From Octopus sinensis (lineage: Eukaryota): a DNA stretch of 64,000 nucleotides. Below the pieces are notes generated by a model. That model did no database searches, was not told where the DNA came from, and worked only from the letters and a program-made list of their open reading frames with translations. Both the position numbers and the translations under genes were made by a program. This document shows positions 50,820-63,186 of the stretch, in pieces (within the stretch, counting starts at the first letter, position 1; every line of letters begins with the position of its first letter). The DNA lies in assembly GCF_006345805.1 (NCBI RefSeq), contig NC_042998.1, positions 3,596,001 through 3,660,000 of the forward strand. Reading direction: 5' to 3'.

Positions 50820-51585
50820 GGCGAGCTGGCAGAATCGTTAGCACGCCGAGCAAAATGCTTAGCGACATTTCGTCCGTCATTACGTTCTGAGTTCAAATTC
50901 AGCCGAGATTGACTATGCCTTTCATCCTTTCGGGGTCGATGAAATAAATACCAGTTGAGCATTCAAAATTTCAGGCCTTGTGCCTATAGTAGAAAAGATT
51001 ATTATTAAGGTGACGAGCTGACATAATCGTTAGCACGACGGGAAAATGCTTAGCAGTATTTCGTCCGTCTTTACATTCTGAGTTCAAATTCTGCCGAGGT
51101 CGACTTTACCTTTCATCCTTTCGGGGTCGATGAAATAAGTACCAGTTGCGCGCTGGGGGCCGATGTAATCGACTGTCACCTCCCCCACCCAAAACATTTC
51201 ATGCCTTGTACCTGTAGACCTATAGTTGTACATTCTGTGATCAAATTTCGCAGAGGTTGGCTTTGTCTAGCATCCTTTCAAGGTCAATGAAATAAGTACC
51301 AGTCAAGTACTGGGGTCGATGTAATTGACTCCCGCTTCTTTCAAAACCTACTGGCCTTGTGCCAAAATTTGAAGCCATTATTACTATTATTATTATTGGC
51401 GAGCTGGCTGAAACGTAAGCACTCCGGACAAAATGCTTTGCAACATTTCATCCGTCTTTACTTTCTGAGTTCAAATTCCGCCGTGATCAACTTTACCTTT
51501 CATTCTCTCTGGGTCGATGTAATTGATTACCCCTTGCACACAGATTTCAAGCTTTGTGCCTATATTAGAAAGAATTATTATTATA
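50820..51585 (+). mobile_element. Head-to-tail array of four SINE group B copies with (ATT)n tails
   Basis: Copies start near 50820, 51009, 51222 and 51398; the ttctg...tcaaatt...ggggtcgatg module recurs four times. Confidence 0.85.
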
Positions 51586-52648
51586 TGAACGGTTTTGGTG
51601 CTGAACTCTGTTTTTCTTTTCCTTCAATAATGTCAACCCTTTGTGGTTGGTGGGTCTTTGGGACAGCTTTGGTGTTGGGTGGCGGGAGAGAAAGGAGAAA
51701 GGTATCATGACCCATGCATTGTTGCCATAACTCCAGGTCAGACTCGATCGAGTGGACTTATAAGCAAATTTTTCAAATGAATATCCCGTAATGGCAGATT
51801 AGGGACTACAACGTCCAAAATTACCATCGTTGTTTAAGACGACAGAATCTGACTTTTTAGGGAGATTTTGCAACTATTTCTTACCGGTTGAAAGGTTTTA
51901 CAATGGATCATGGGTAGTTACAGTAGGAATCTTGGTCGCCAGACTCTGAGTTATCTCCAGAATAATGATACTCCGAATTCTGGCTACGCTATGGATTCCA
52001 TTAAAGGCGACCAGAGAGCATGTAGGGGTTATAAACTGAGCAGATCATCTGAGAAATATTTTGCAATACTGTTTTCAGGGCTTTAGGGAGAACTCCTTCG
52101 TAAGCTGGAACTGTTTTTATCCTTTTCGGTCAGATATTCACGAACCCTTTCTTGGATTCTTTAAATCGTGAAACTAGGCGAGAGAGGTTTTATACCATTC
52201 TAAGAAGAGATACATTCTAAATTCATTCACAAGTCTTGGAATGAATCATAGCTTATCGTGTACGACACGTGCCGAAGTTGATATACAGTGGGGTCAATCG
52301 ATTGAATACTTCGCCTTCTGCCATGTGTTTGCTTCTAAACAACACGGCAGTGTCTACTTGGATTAGCTTTATTAAACCTAAAATAAGTGCTAGGAAGGAA
52401 TTAATTTATCTACTAGAAATATTTTATGCATTTAACGGCATGAAAGATTAATGTGCATATTCAAAGCACCCCTCTCTCAGCAGCGCATATTCAGGTCAAT
52501 TTCAAGGACTATGGTAGGCTCAGCTTCGCATTTAGGACCGGAGATAATATTTTTAAAGACATTTTTCTAGGGAAAAAGTACGTTCTATATGCATTAATTC
52601 TAATTTATATATATTGCTGATGATGTATGTATTTTGTCATTTTGACAG

Positions 52649-52884
52649 ATGATGAGAATGCTGAAAAGGAAAACAACGAAAGTGAAAGTAATGATCGGAA
52701 TGATGATGGTGGTTCTGACCCCGATCTAACGATTCCAGTCAAAAGAGTTAGTTCTCGGAGGCGGATGAAACGATCTATTTCATCAGAGAAACATGTAGAA
52801 ACACTCGTGGTTGTTGATCCGATTATGATGGATTATTACAAAAATGAGGATGTAGAGACATACGTGTTGACTGTCATGAATATG
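52649..52884 (+). CDS. ADAMTS7/12-like: ADAMTS metalloprotease exon: acidic linker, furin site and N-terminus of the reprolysin catalytic domain
   Basis: Acceptor attttgtcattttgacAG at 52647-52648, phase 1, which joins the 35534 G to give GAT (Asp). Reads ...VSSRRRMKR/SISSEKHVETLVVVDPIMMDYYKNEDVETYVLTVMNM, close to recalled ADAMTS7/12 RSxSKExWVETLVVAD...VESYxLTIMNM. Donor ATG|GTAAGT at 52885, phase 0. Confidence 0.95.
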
Positions 52885-52939
52885 GTAAGTATATTTCATT
52901 CCTAGATCTCGAGATTGGCTTTAATACGTGCACCTATTT

Positions 52940-53320
52940 TTTTTCTCTAGTTTCAGCTCAGATCTGTGACCATGCTGATGCACCGCCATTTTGCTACACT
53001 GTTATTACTAAGAGCCTCCTCTAATATGTGGCACTTGGTGAAGCATGGAGGTTGATATAGCTACCCTCATTTGCACCTCTTGTCGTGAGGTAGGTTCATC
53101 TGGGACTCACGACAGGGAGAGGTCTAGCTTTGATTTAAAAAACCCTACATCTATTTTGTAGATGTTCATCAGACTCTTTGGGAGAATATTAAAAAGCTGT
53201 GGGCCCTTGAAACCCAGGCTGTTGCAGTAACTGGTCCTGAATCATGACGGCATTGCTGGGACCTTTGGCACTATGCAGTGTCGTCCCGTTCTGGCATTGG
53301 TGTAGCTTTCAATGCCACGT
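52940..53320 (-). mobile_element. CR1/L2-type LINE 3' fragment (same family as 63285-64000)
   Basis: GIESYTNARTGRHCIVPKVP..YCNSLGFKGPQLFNILPKSL...VPDEP plus tail ggcggtgcatcagcatggtcacag...gctgaaactaga. Confidence 0.9.
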
Positions 53321-54099
53321 ACCTGTGTGAGTATACGACGAAGATGATAAGGACAACTTCGATGATGATTGTATTGCTAAACTCCATAAACTCCATGTCA
53401 ATTCTAACGAAATAGACGTTTGAGAAACGATATTCTTGCTGTAATTATCTTGACCTTTGTTGTTTTACTATTGTTTAACTTCATATTGGCCCTTGAACAA
53501 GCAAACCTAAGTTCTCAACCATTTCTACAATAAGGTTACGATTCATTCTTTTTTTGGTCAGTCTGTATCAACAAGCGCCCCACCCTTTTTTCACAGCTAC
53601 AACGTGCTATTTGAAGGCGATTTTGCCAGAGGTCAAGCAGTCATACAGACGCTCCCTCGTTGGCTCGTATATACCCTGTATATGAAACCATGCAGTATCT
53701 TTCTCGTTCGCCCGTACATGAGCGTATACGTTGCATATATGAGAGCGATGAAATGATGGATACTCTGAGAAGGAAGAGAGCAATTGTGGTGAAAGAACTA
53801 GACTACTTGAAATATTCCATACAAATGAGACATTGCTATTAAATAAATACTCTTCGAGCCAATGAGGAGAGTTTCTACATCTGTCTTGTTTTTTTTTTTT
53901 GAAGATCCAGACCTGTTTCTCTCTTTACGTGATGATTCAATGAAGAAGCTTCTATCATGTCATTCAGCCTGCTAGAAATAGCAGATATGCCTTCCTTATA
54001 TCCTACTATCTTAGAAGGAAAAGAAACATTAAATGATGACTCCTTTGTTTTAACAGTGGCTAACTACATTTCCAGAAGCACCAATACAGAAACACTCAA

Positions 54100-54420
54100 T
54101 CATTAAGCATTACAGAAGCTGTAATATATTAAAGCAGATATCAGCTCTTCTAAACCAAACCGTACCATTGAGCATAAACACTGCATAACCTCAAACATGT
54201 ATAAAAAGAGTACAACAATATAGACAAACTGTATCTGGTATCGAATAACGCTTCAGAATGGTTTTGACATCGAATGGAAAATCCTAGATAGATATGAATT
54301 ATACACTAATGGAATAAAAATGTACAATTTGTGAACAGTTACAAAAAGACTAATATTAAACAAACATCAACAATTCCGTGAATTACCTAAATATAAGATC
54401 AAACCTCTTCCCTAAGTAAT
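54100..54420 (+). mobile_element. Penelope-like GIY-YIG C-terminal relic
   Basis: DIEWKILDRYELYTNGIKMYNL* (cf. I.WKILD...Y.NG.K.CNLC). Confidence 0.6.
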
Positions 54421-54815
54421 ACAATTTCTTCAAGTACTGGCTAAAATTTTAGAAATGAGCACATGATTTCTTTATAAAATTTGATCTACGCATGTTATTC
54501 CTTTGTTTTTCATTTCAACGTATATTCTCTTCAAAATGCTCAGCATCCCAGAACCATATTTTGTTTCCGGTCTTCACCCTGTCTATCAATTTCTGAAATG
54601 AAGATATCGTCAGAAACTTTCCAGGTCCCTTTAATGATTCAAATTCTGGACTCTCTTGGATATTTGTCTCTATCTCCACTTCTCTCTCTCTCTCCCAAAC
54701 TTTTAATAATCCAAGTAAAACATTCAGCTTCTACAACAAAGTTTAAAAAGAATTAGTAATTGCAAATAGTCAATACGCATGATTAGATCCTGAGCATAAA
54801 CCCAAGCATGATATA

Positions 54816-55190
54816 GGCATGGTTGTGTGGTTAAGAAATTCGCTTTGCAACCATGTGCTTTCGAGTTCAGTTCCACTCCACTGCGCCTTGAATAAGTATT
54901 TTCTACAAAAGCCTCGGACAGACCAGTGCCTTTTGAGTGAATTTGGTAAAGGAAATCTGTGCGGAACCCCGTAGTGTATATGTATATATGTGTGTATGTG
55001 TTTGTTGGTGTATGTTCCCCACCACTTGATAGCCGGTGTTGATTTATTTACGTTCCCAAAACTTAGTGGTTCGGCAATAAGAGTTGATAGAATAAGCACC
55101 AGACCTTCAAAAAATAAGTACAGCGGTTGATTTGTTCGATTAAATCCTTCAAGGCAGTGCCCCAGCATGAGCACAATCCAATGCCTAAAA
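54816..55190 (+). mobile_element. SINE group A, diverged
   Basis: Head, TA/TG tract and tail are recognisable. Confidence 0.82.
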
Positions 55191-55199
55191 GCATATATA

Positions 55200-55510
55200 A
55201 AAGATATATTCGGCAAATTAATGTGTTAAGATGTAAATTTATGGAAATTACTTGGACAGTGTTTATTACGTGTCAATTGTTGATCACTACGATTTCGGGA
55301 TTTTGTATTGTGTTGCTTCCTCTCTTAATGGTTTTACATCGCTGGTTAACGTTGTAATACTGCACCTCTCTTGAAATCTAGAAAAGGATCTGTGATTATT
55401 CAACCTGGCCTTAAAGGGTTGCTCCGTTGCCTCGACATATTTCTGTACGTATGACGCTCTATGTAGGCCCGAATTACCCGGACCATTCTCAAAGCCTATA
55501 TCGTCCAATT
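55200..55510 (-). mobile_element. Penelope-like GIY-YIG relic
   Basis: KYVEATEQPFKARLNNHRSFSRF (cf. YIG.TE..FK.R.NNH..SF). Confidence 0.75.
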
Positions 55511-55754
55511 ACTGGTTTTGGCACATAATTGGTCACGCTAACTATTGCTCTTGACAATATTGATAACTCTACAGACACGGTGGCTGCAAATACTTAGCCT
55601 TTTTTTTTTTTTTTTTTTACACTAGAGATATATATAGACCCTAGTTGGTTGGTAGAAAGAAGTGGAACGAAACCTTGTGAAAAATTATATTTTCCTGGGG
55701 GAAAAGAAAAGATATTTCCTATGGATTGATGTCAGCCATGGTTGAACCATATCA

Positions 55755-56260
55755 ATTGTGCGTACATGTATGTTGTTTACTAGTCCATGTTGTCAAAAGA
55801 TGTTTTCGCTTGTGATGGCAGCAACCGAATATTTCGCTTTTTGAGTTCAGGAAAGTACCCGGCTTGTGTAAAGTTTTAGGATGATTCTTCGGCCACCCTG
55901 CAAAGCTTGCAACTCCTTCTATTCAAGCGTGATTTACATCGTTCTTTTTCCAGTTAATTTTGTATGGTGTTGCTTCCTCTTTTGATCGCCCGTACATAGC
56001 TGGTTAATGTTCCCACATTGCTCTTGTCTTGGAATCTTAAAGCTTGATCTTAAAGGATTCCTTTATTTCTGTATGTATGACACTCCGTTGTTATTGGGCG
56101 ACACCAGCTCTGCTTCGTAGACCATTGCTTCTGTCATGCATTGACCACTCAATGGACACTCACTGTAAATGCTACATGAGCGTTCTGCCTCAGCCTGGAG
56201 CCTATTCTTATGATACTCGGCGCACAAGGGTCTTTCTTGTTCATATACATAGAGCATACA
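55755..56260 (-). mobile_element. Penelope-like GIY-YIG C-terminal relic
   Basis: CPLSGQCMTEAMVYEAEL, then RSCKLC, then LNSKSEIFGCCHHKRKHLL (cf. CPL.G.C....VVY.A and LNKRSE....CRH..K.LL). Confidence 0.8.
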
Positions 56261-57290
56261 CTGTATGTGCGCGCGAGCGTGTATATATAACATATGTAAA
56301 AATTAATATAAACATATATATTTCTGTGTATACCTACATCTTACACGCTTATGTTTCATATATGTGTTCACGCTTGCTAAGACGTGTTTGTGTATGCGTG
56401 CATGTGTGTGTGTGTGTGTGTGTGTGTTCGTGCGAGTTTATGTGTATGTAACTGTATACATACATGTGTGTATGTGCATGTGGTTATGTGCTGCCGAAGC
56501 AGTCACCACGTTTTCTTCTGTGACTGTTAGTTTGACCCCCAGTTCATAACTCACTGTTTATACAATTACATCAGAAGATAGCAGACAGTCAGGGGTGGCA
56601 CCAGGCTGGGTACACATCTGCCAATTTTTTTTTTTTTAGTGATGGTGATGTCGGTGGTGGTGGTGGTAGTGGGAGGGAAGAGGAAGGGAACTAACAGATG
56701 TTTAGCAAATAATGATACTGACAACGTTCTTGAAAACCCTGTGTCTATTCCTTTACAGTATTTGATTATTAAAACATACATTTACTTTCCCTTACATTTC
56801 TCTCTCTCTCTCTATTTCTCCACCCCCTCTCTCTCTCTTTCTCCACTTCTCGCTCCTTCTACTACCTCTCGCTCACTCTTTCTACTCTTTTATTTCCTCT
56901 TCACTCCCTGTACGTTTACCTATGAAATGGGCCATAGCCTATGGTGAACATTATTATTCATTGACCAGATATTTCTCCAATGAATATTTACAACAAGAAA
57001 TGACAAACATAAAAAGACAAAGATGTGATGTAGTCAGAAATATACCGAAGTTCACAAATCTTGAAAATTACTCAGACGCAAACAAAACATTCTTCACGTT
57101 ACTGATGTTTTTTGTACATTTTATTGTCATGTTATTTAAATAATGATTTCTAAAGTTTCACATGTTTCAGGGCAGGGATAAAAATCTATTAATCTATTAA
57201 TACATCATAGTGTCCTTCAAAACAAGGCAGCCACAGAAATTATATAACCCGAACGAAGTATTTTATTTCAATTTCTAATACTGTTCACAT

Positions 57291-57454
57291 AGGCATAGCC
57301 ATGTGGTAAGAAGCTTGCTTCCCAACCACGTGCTTCCCGATTCAGTGCCATTGCATGGCACCTTGAGCAAGTGTCTTCTACTATAGTCTCGGACTGACCA
57401 AAACCTTGTGAGTGGATTTGCTAGACCAAAACTGAAAGAAGCCCGTCTTATGTG

Positions 57455-57501
<47 letters not shown>

Positions 57502-57551
57502 ATTATTATATTTCGGAATGGTCATTTTGCCAGTTTAGCCAACATATAAAC

Positions 57552-57592
<41 letters not shown>

Positions 57593-57685
57593 CAATAATA
57601 AATCTCTGAGCGAGGTATAAACAGTAGCTACATGATATCGTGAAGTATATTTGCCACTTAATGTGGCTAACCCTTAAGGGAGGAG

Positions 57686-57717
<32 letters not shown>

Positions 57718-57928
57718 AATATAAGAGAGTGGTCACTATATGGCTCACTCTAGCACCAGTTAATCCAAAAGGTTTCAACCACAAAAATACATAATAATAT
57801 ATTAATAATCCAGGTTTCTCGGAGCACTAGGCCACTTGGTGTTGAATAGATATACTATTAAATTAGTATCTAATTCTCTCACCCTTATTAATTAATTATA
57901 TATATATATATAATATATATATATATAG

Positions 57929-57961
<33 letters not shown>

Positions 57962-58185
57962 CATGCATGTGTGTTTGTATATGTTTGTGACCCACCACCG
58001 CGCTTGACAACTGGGTTTGATGTGTTTACGTCCCCGCAAATTAGCGGCTCGGCAAAAGAGATCGATAGAATAAGTAGTAAGCTTTAAAAAATGTCCTGGT
58101 GTCGATATGTTCGACAAAATTTTTTCAATACTGTGCACCAGCATGGCCGCAGTCAAATGACTGAAACAAGTAAAGCATAAAAGGT
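57291..58185 (+). mobile_element. SINE group A split by ~500 bp of nested (TA)n-flanked inserts
   Basis: Head at 57291-57450, tail at ~57960-58185, with three unique segments separated by TA tracts in between. Confidence 0.85.
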
Positions 58186-58644
58186 GAAAGAACGATACTG
58201 TTTTCACATTCTAGTCAGTTCAGTTCATATATTAGTATATAATTACTGTCCACCTATTCGGTGATTGTAATCTTTCGTTTATTGCCCAACATTTAATATT
58301 TATGACCATTGGTGAGAATAGGCATGGAAGCCGAATGGAAGTAACACCCGCGCAAAAAAAAAAAAAAACTACAAAACACAAAAAATACCAAAAAAACCCC
58401 TAAATCCTCACAAATTTGCACTAATATACAGGTGCCTGTATTTCGTTCAAGTTTGTTGACCAAGGTAACAACATCTGGTTCGGGAAAACCAGTAACCTGG
58501 ACAGGCTTTGCAACTAAAGGTTCCAGCAGGTCGATGGTGTACCTGTATTATGATTAAAGACTGTTCACACATTAATTTTTCATAAATACGAACTGTTTTA
58601 TCATCATACTTTATGAGTTCTTCTTCTCTATACTCTTTATCTTT

Positions 58645-59085
58645 TATTTGTCTCAGTCATTAGACTGCGGCCATGCCGGGGCACCGCGATGAAGGGTTAA
58701 GTCGAACGAATTAAAATTTGCACTTGTTTTAAAGTCTGGTACTTATTCTATCGGTCTTTTTTGTTAAACTGCTCAGTAACGGGGACATAAACAAACTAAC
58801 ACCTGTTGTCAAGCGGTAGCAGAGAACACACACACACACACACAGACACATGTATTTTTTTTCTCTCTCTAGTTTCAGCTCAGAGCTGCGGCCATGCTGA
58901 TGCACCGCCGTTATGTATTAAAATACATACGATAGGTTTCCACGCGGTTCCTCTCTATCAAATCCACACACAAGGCTTTGGTCTGCTCGGGGCTATAGTA
59001 GAGAACTCCTACCCAAGGTGCCACACAGTGGGATTGAACCCGAAACTATGTGACTACAAAACGAATTTAACCACACCGTCATGCC
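58645..59085 (-). mobile_element. SINE group A interrupted by a short LINE-tail fragment (~58856-58911)
   Basis: Tail half, then ctagtttcagctcagagctgcggccatgctgatgcaccgcc, then head half. Confidence 0.75.
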
Positions 59086-60457
59086 TTGATATTTAATTGT
59101 AATAGTCGAATGGAAATTAAACTTTATGCAATAATGGACTAAAATGACCAGAACTTAGCTAGTACTTACTTTATTGATCCTTGGAAAGGTGAAAGGGTCA
59201 GACGATTTTGGTAGGATTTGAGTGCGGAATACAAAATCTCTAACGAAGCACCGGGATGTATTATGTCCGCTGCTCTTTATTTCAGTTATCCCTCCCTCAA
59301 TGTTGAACAATATAAGTTGAAGTAAATATCCTATTATAACAGAAATTAGAAAAACTCGATAGCTTTTAACTCTGTAACTATCAGTGAAGATCTGATTCTT
59401 TCAACACCTGTCTGTCTCTGTCTGTCTGTCTGTTTGTCTCTCTCTCTCTCTCACACACGTTCTACAGTGGGCCACCCAACACATCCTGCTTTTCTCAACA
59501 CCACATTTCCTTTACTGTATCTTGCCCCTTAGGCTCCCTACTCCAAATACTTCAATGTGTGTGAGTGTGTGTGTGTGATTCACAAACAGCTTTAACACTA
59601 CAAACTAAACTTCTGTTCATCTTTATGAACCGAGACCTCGAAATAACCTACAATCGAGACAAGAAGATTTCGTCTCTTTCAGCATCGCAATGACATAATC
59701 TCTGTTGATAATCAAGTAAATCATCTTTTATCTTATCCTTTGCACAATTCGACGATGTAAGTTTAAATCTTGAAAATTGTAAAATAATGCTAAAACTCAA
59801 AAACCTTTTATGACTTTTTCTATCGTTCCGACATACACCATATAGCTATATTTGTACTCTTAAAAACAAATCTCCTCATTTAAGCCAAGACAATTCTTCA
59901 TTTCCGATCAAATGTTAACAATCAAAGCTCAAGCATATAATAATCCCACTTCTGGGACGACCTTATTGCCACAACCTACACAGGCACAATCATTCAAACT
60001 CCCATCCATCTGACTAGCAAATATTTACTGATCCAGATACAAAATCCACAGCATCATGCCTTTCAAGGATGTATATACACTTAGTGTGATACACAGATGG
60101 CTATTTTAATTTAATTCTATTTCTATTGCGCACACTGATTTCATTTCAACTCGGCAAGCTTTCCGCAATATCAGTGAATGTATTATTAACTGTTCACTAT
60201 CTGTTGGAGGGGAACATATGTCTTTCGTGCATGTAACCATCGAGTAAGCGTCATTAACGGAGCCCAAGGCATCCTGAATGCTTCCGATGTTCTTGTGAGT
60301 CACTGCTTGGATGGTATTCGCCTCAGTTCGATATATTTATAGTGCTTTATCACATAATTATGAAGAGATTTTCTCTCAGACATCGTCCAGGGGATAATGC
60401 CTTTCAGGTATGATACACAGAGGAATATTTCTCTCTCTCGACCTCATATATATATAT

Positions 60458-60492
<35 letters not shown>

Positions 60493-60720
60493 CGGAGTAA
60501 ACACATAAACGTGAAACAAGGTGGAAAAAAGAGTACTCAAATACCAGTGGTAGAGTAATATGCTTTATTTAAAGCAACAGAAAATTCAACAAAACCTGTT
60601 ACTCTGAGTTTCCTGTTGCCGTTCATCGGACAGTTTTTGCTAGAAAAAACTGTCCGATGAACAGCAACGGGAAACTCAGAGTAACAGGTTTTGTTGAATT
60701 TTCTGCTGCTTTAAATAAAG
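60493..60720 (-). mobile_element. Putative Penelope-like tail with fold-back duplication of its 5' 79 nt, flanked by (TA)n
   Basis: 60563-60641 and 60642-60720 are reverse complements (4 mismatches, no indels); contains ccgatgaac.gcaac..gaaactcagag. Confidence 0.6.
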
Positions 60721-60754
<34 letters not shown>

Positions 60755-60769
60755 CATACGTCTTTCTCG

Positions 60770-60958
60770 GGTCATAACCTCAAAAGGCCTGTTTCTCTGA
60801 TCCACTGGACGTGATGCCGATTCATGTTAGCATTGCTTGTTTTTGCCAGTTGAGAGAAACTGGAGCAACATGAAATGAAGTGCTTTACTCGAGAACACAA
60901 CGCATTGCGCCGTCCAGGAATCTTACGATGATGAGTGCAACGCCCTAACGCGCCTCCA
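60770..60958 (-). mobile_element. SINE group C, diverged
   Basis: Reverse complement resembles 34906-35160 (gaggcgcgttagggcg...gtgttctcgagtaaagcacttc). Confidence 0.7.
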
Positions 60959-62065
60959 CACACACACACATACACACACACATGCCTAAGTGGAAAATAA
61001 AACAACATAATCTATATTCGTTAATATTAAATCAAACACTCTATTGAATCTGCTGCAGATTTTAGGCTTCGATTACATTCTACGATACCAATGAAGAAAA
61101 TGGTATTTGCAATAATTACACATCTACCATTCGTTGCAGACCACTCAAGTTAGCGTGAATGTCGTAAGAGAAGACGAAACCAGCTTTTGTTTCTTTTTCT
61201 TCTATAAACTGAAAGAAAAAGCAAAACAAAGACAAAAAAAAAACAGTAAGCAAAATAAAACCAAATTCTGGTTGACGGAAAGAATCAAAATGCAAAATGT
61301 GTACTCAAATTCCCTCATATGAGTATCTGTAATTGATTGGCATGTTAAATGGTCAAGTGCCCTGAAAGTGACTTGTGGATGGTAGTAGTGATTGAATTCT
61401 TGAGACATCTCTTTTGAATTTATTGTTTATAATATTTGTGTAGGTGTTAATCTAAACAGTAATAGTAGTAAAGTAAGGAAGGAGGTGGCTGAGAGGACGA
61501 AGAAAGAGAAGGGAGAATAATAAGGGAATGCGGGTGGTATGATAGTAGTAGGATGTTAAATGGTCATGTGATCTAAAAGTGATTCGTTGTGGATTATAGC
61601 AGTGATTGGGACTGTTTTTAATGAATTCTTGGGAATCTCATGAATGTATCATTTTTAATATTTGCCTGTGTATCATTCTAAGGCCGTGGTGGATATGTCG
61701 TGACGTTTCCCCCCATATATATCAACTAGTGTGTACCTTTTCAACCTTATATATATATAAAATATAATATAATATGGTATTTTTTGGCTATCCCACCACC
61801 GTTAAAAAAATGCCATTAAAAAACTGGGTTACTTCCTCTCTAAAAAATTGAGTTTATGTGACAAGAGATTAGATTAAAAGAGTTTGATTCAATATTTCAA
61901 TACATTGTTGACGTTTAAATGTTGAAGTGAATCTAATAGTTTTTGTGTTTCTTAAATAGCTTATAAACACCTTCCACGCTACAATTGTTTTCGTTCCAGC
62001 ACACGATCTCAGATCAGGTCACTTGCTATGCAAGTACATCTCTATGATTGGCAAACCTGTTTTAT

Positions 62066-62419
62066 GTAGCTTGCTTACCAACCACATGCTTCCAGGTTCA
62101 GTCCCATTGCGTGGCACCTTGGGCAATTGTCTTCTACTATAGCTTCGGGCCGACCAAAGCCTTGTGAATGGATTTGGTAGACGGAAAGAAGCCCGTTGTA
62201 TATATGTGTGTACGTGTGTTTTTGTGTCTGTGCTTGTCTCCCACCATCGCTTGACAACCGATGTTGGTATGTTTACGTCGCCGTAACATAGCGGTTCGCA
62301 AAAGAGACCGATAGAATAAGTACAAGGCTTACAAAGAATGAGTCCTGGGGTCGAGTTTTTCGACTAATATCGGTGCTCCAGCATGGCCACAGTCAAATGA
62401 CTGAAACAAATAAAAGAAT
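62066..62419 (+). mobile_element. SINE group A
   Basis: gtagcttgcttaccaaccacatg...gactgaaacaaataaaaga. Confidence 0.9.
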
Positions 62420-63186
62420 ATGTAGATTGCTCTATTACACTATTGAGCTCTTGATGTCAAAATTCCTTTCTATGTCAAAAAGGTACTCCATTGTATGTCT
62501 ACGATATGTGTGTATGAGACCATCCTGTTTCTAAAACTACATAATCCTTATAGGCTTGATCATTTTTTTCTTTTCTTTTTCTTTTTCAGATCATGTTTAA
62601 GATTTTATATTTAGTTCCAGCACTTGTTTTGCCTACCTTTTGCCTACTGTTTTGTTCTTCTTATATATACTTCTACAAGTCCGAAAGGACCACATTCTTC
62701 CCCGTAAGCGTTACTTCCGCACATGCCCTAATTCTGTCGTGTAGTCGAAATGCCTTCTATTTATAGAAATAATGGTTTCGTTTTTGTATTTTTTTTCATC
62801 GTTTTATATATTTTCTCGCTCTCCTCATAATTCGCCCTTTCTACTGTCCCATCAAGGGATCCCCTCTTTATTCGTACTTGTCGGTCCTTTATGTTCGTTA
62901 ATTTAAGCCCAGCAGCTTTTGGCTGTTGACACCGCCAGATTGAACAATATTATCGATAAGGCGTCGAAATTGTGATGATTTTTGATAATTCATGTGGATG
63001 AGCCTGTCCACAGCTGTTGTGTGTTTTTTCCGGTTTACCATATGTTCCTTCGTCGACCTCCCTCTCTGCTACATTCTGCTTCATAGGCTGACTATAAAGG
63101 AGTCATCCTAGAGCTGTGAAATCTTGTATGTATTAATTTCAACTCTTCTTAATAACTGCATCTTTTTTTCCGTGTAAACTGGCTTA

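Larger units (their letters stand above)
35535..52648 (+). other. ~17.1 kb GT-AG phase-1 intron of the ADAMTS gene, packed with transposons
   Basis: GT...AG ends, matching phases and continuous ADAMTS homology across the junction. An unrecognised intervening exon cannot be excluded. Confidence 0.8.

Noticed and set aside
52885-52905. Intron read-through VSIFHS resembling the expected next ADAMTS residues
   Set aside because: GTAAGT always encodes VS and a stop follows after six codons. Treated as coincidence at a canonical donor.
62600-63180. Additional LINE RT relic on the minus strand
   Set aside because: Only a weak IKRG-like hint; too degraded to support a call.
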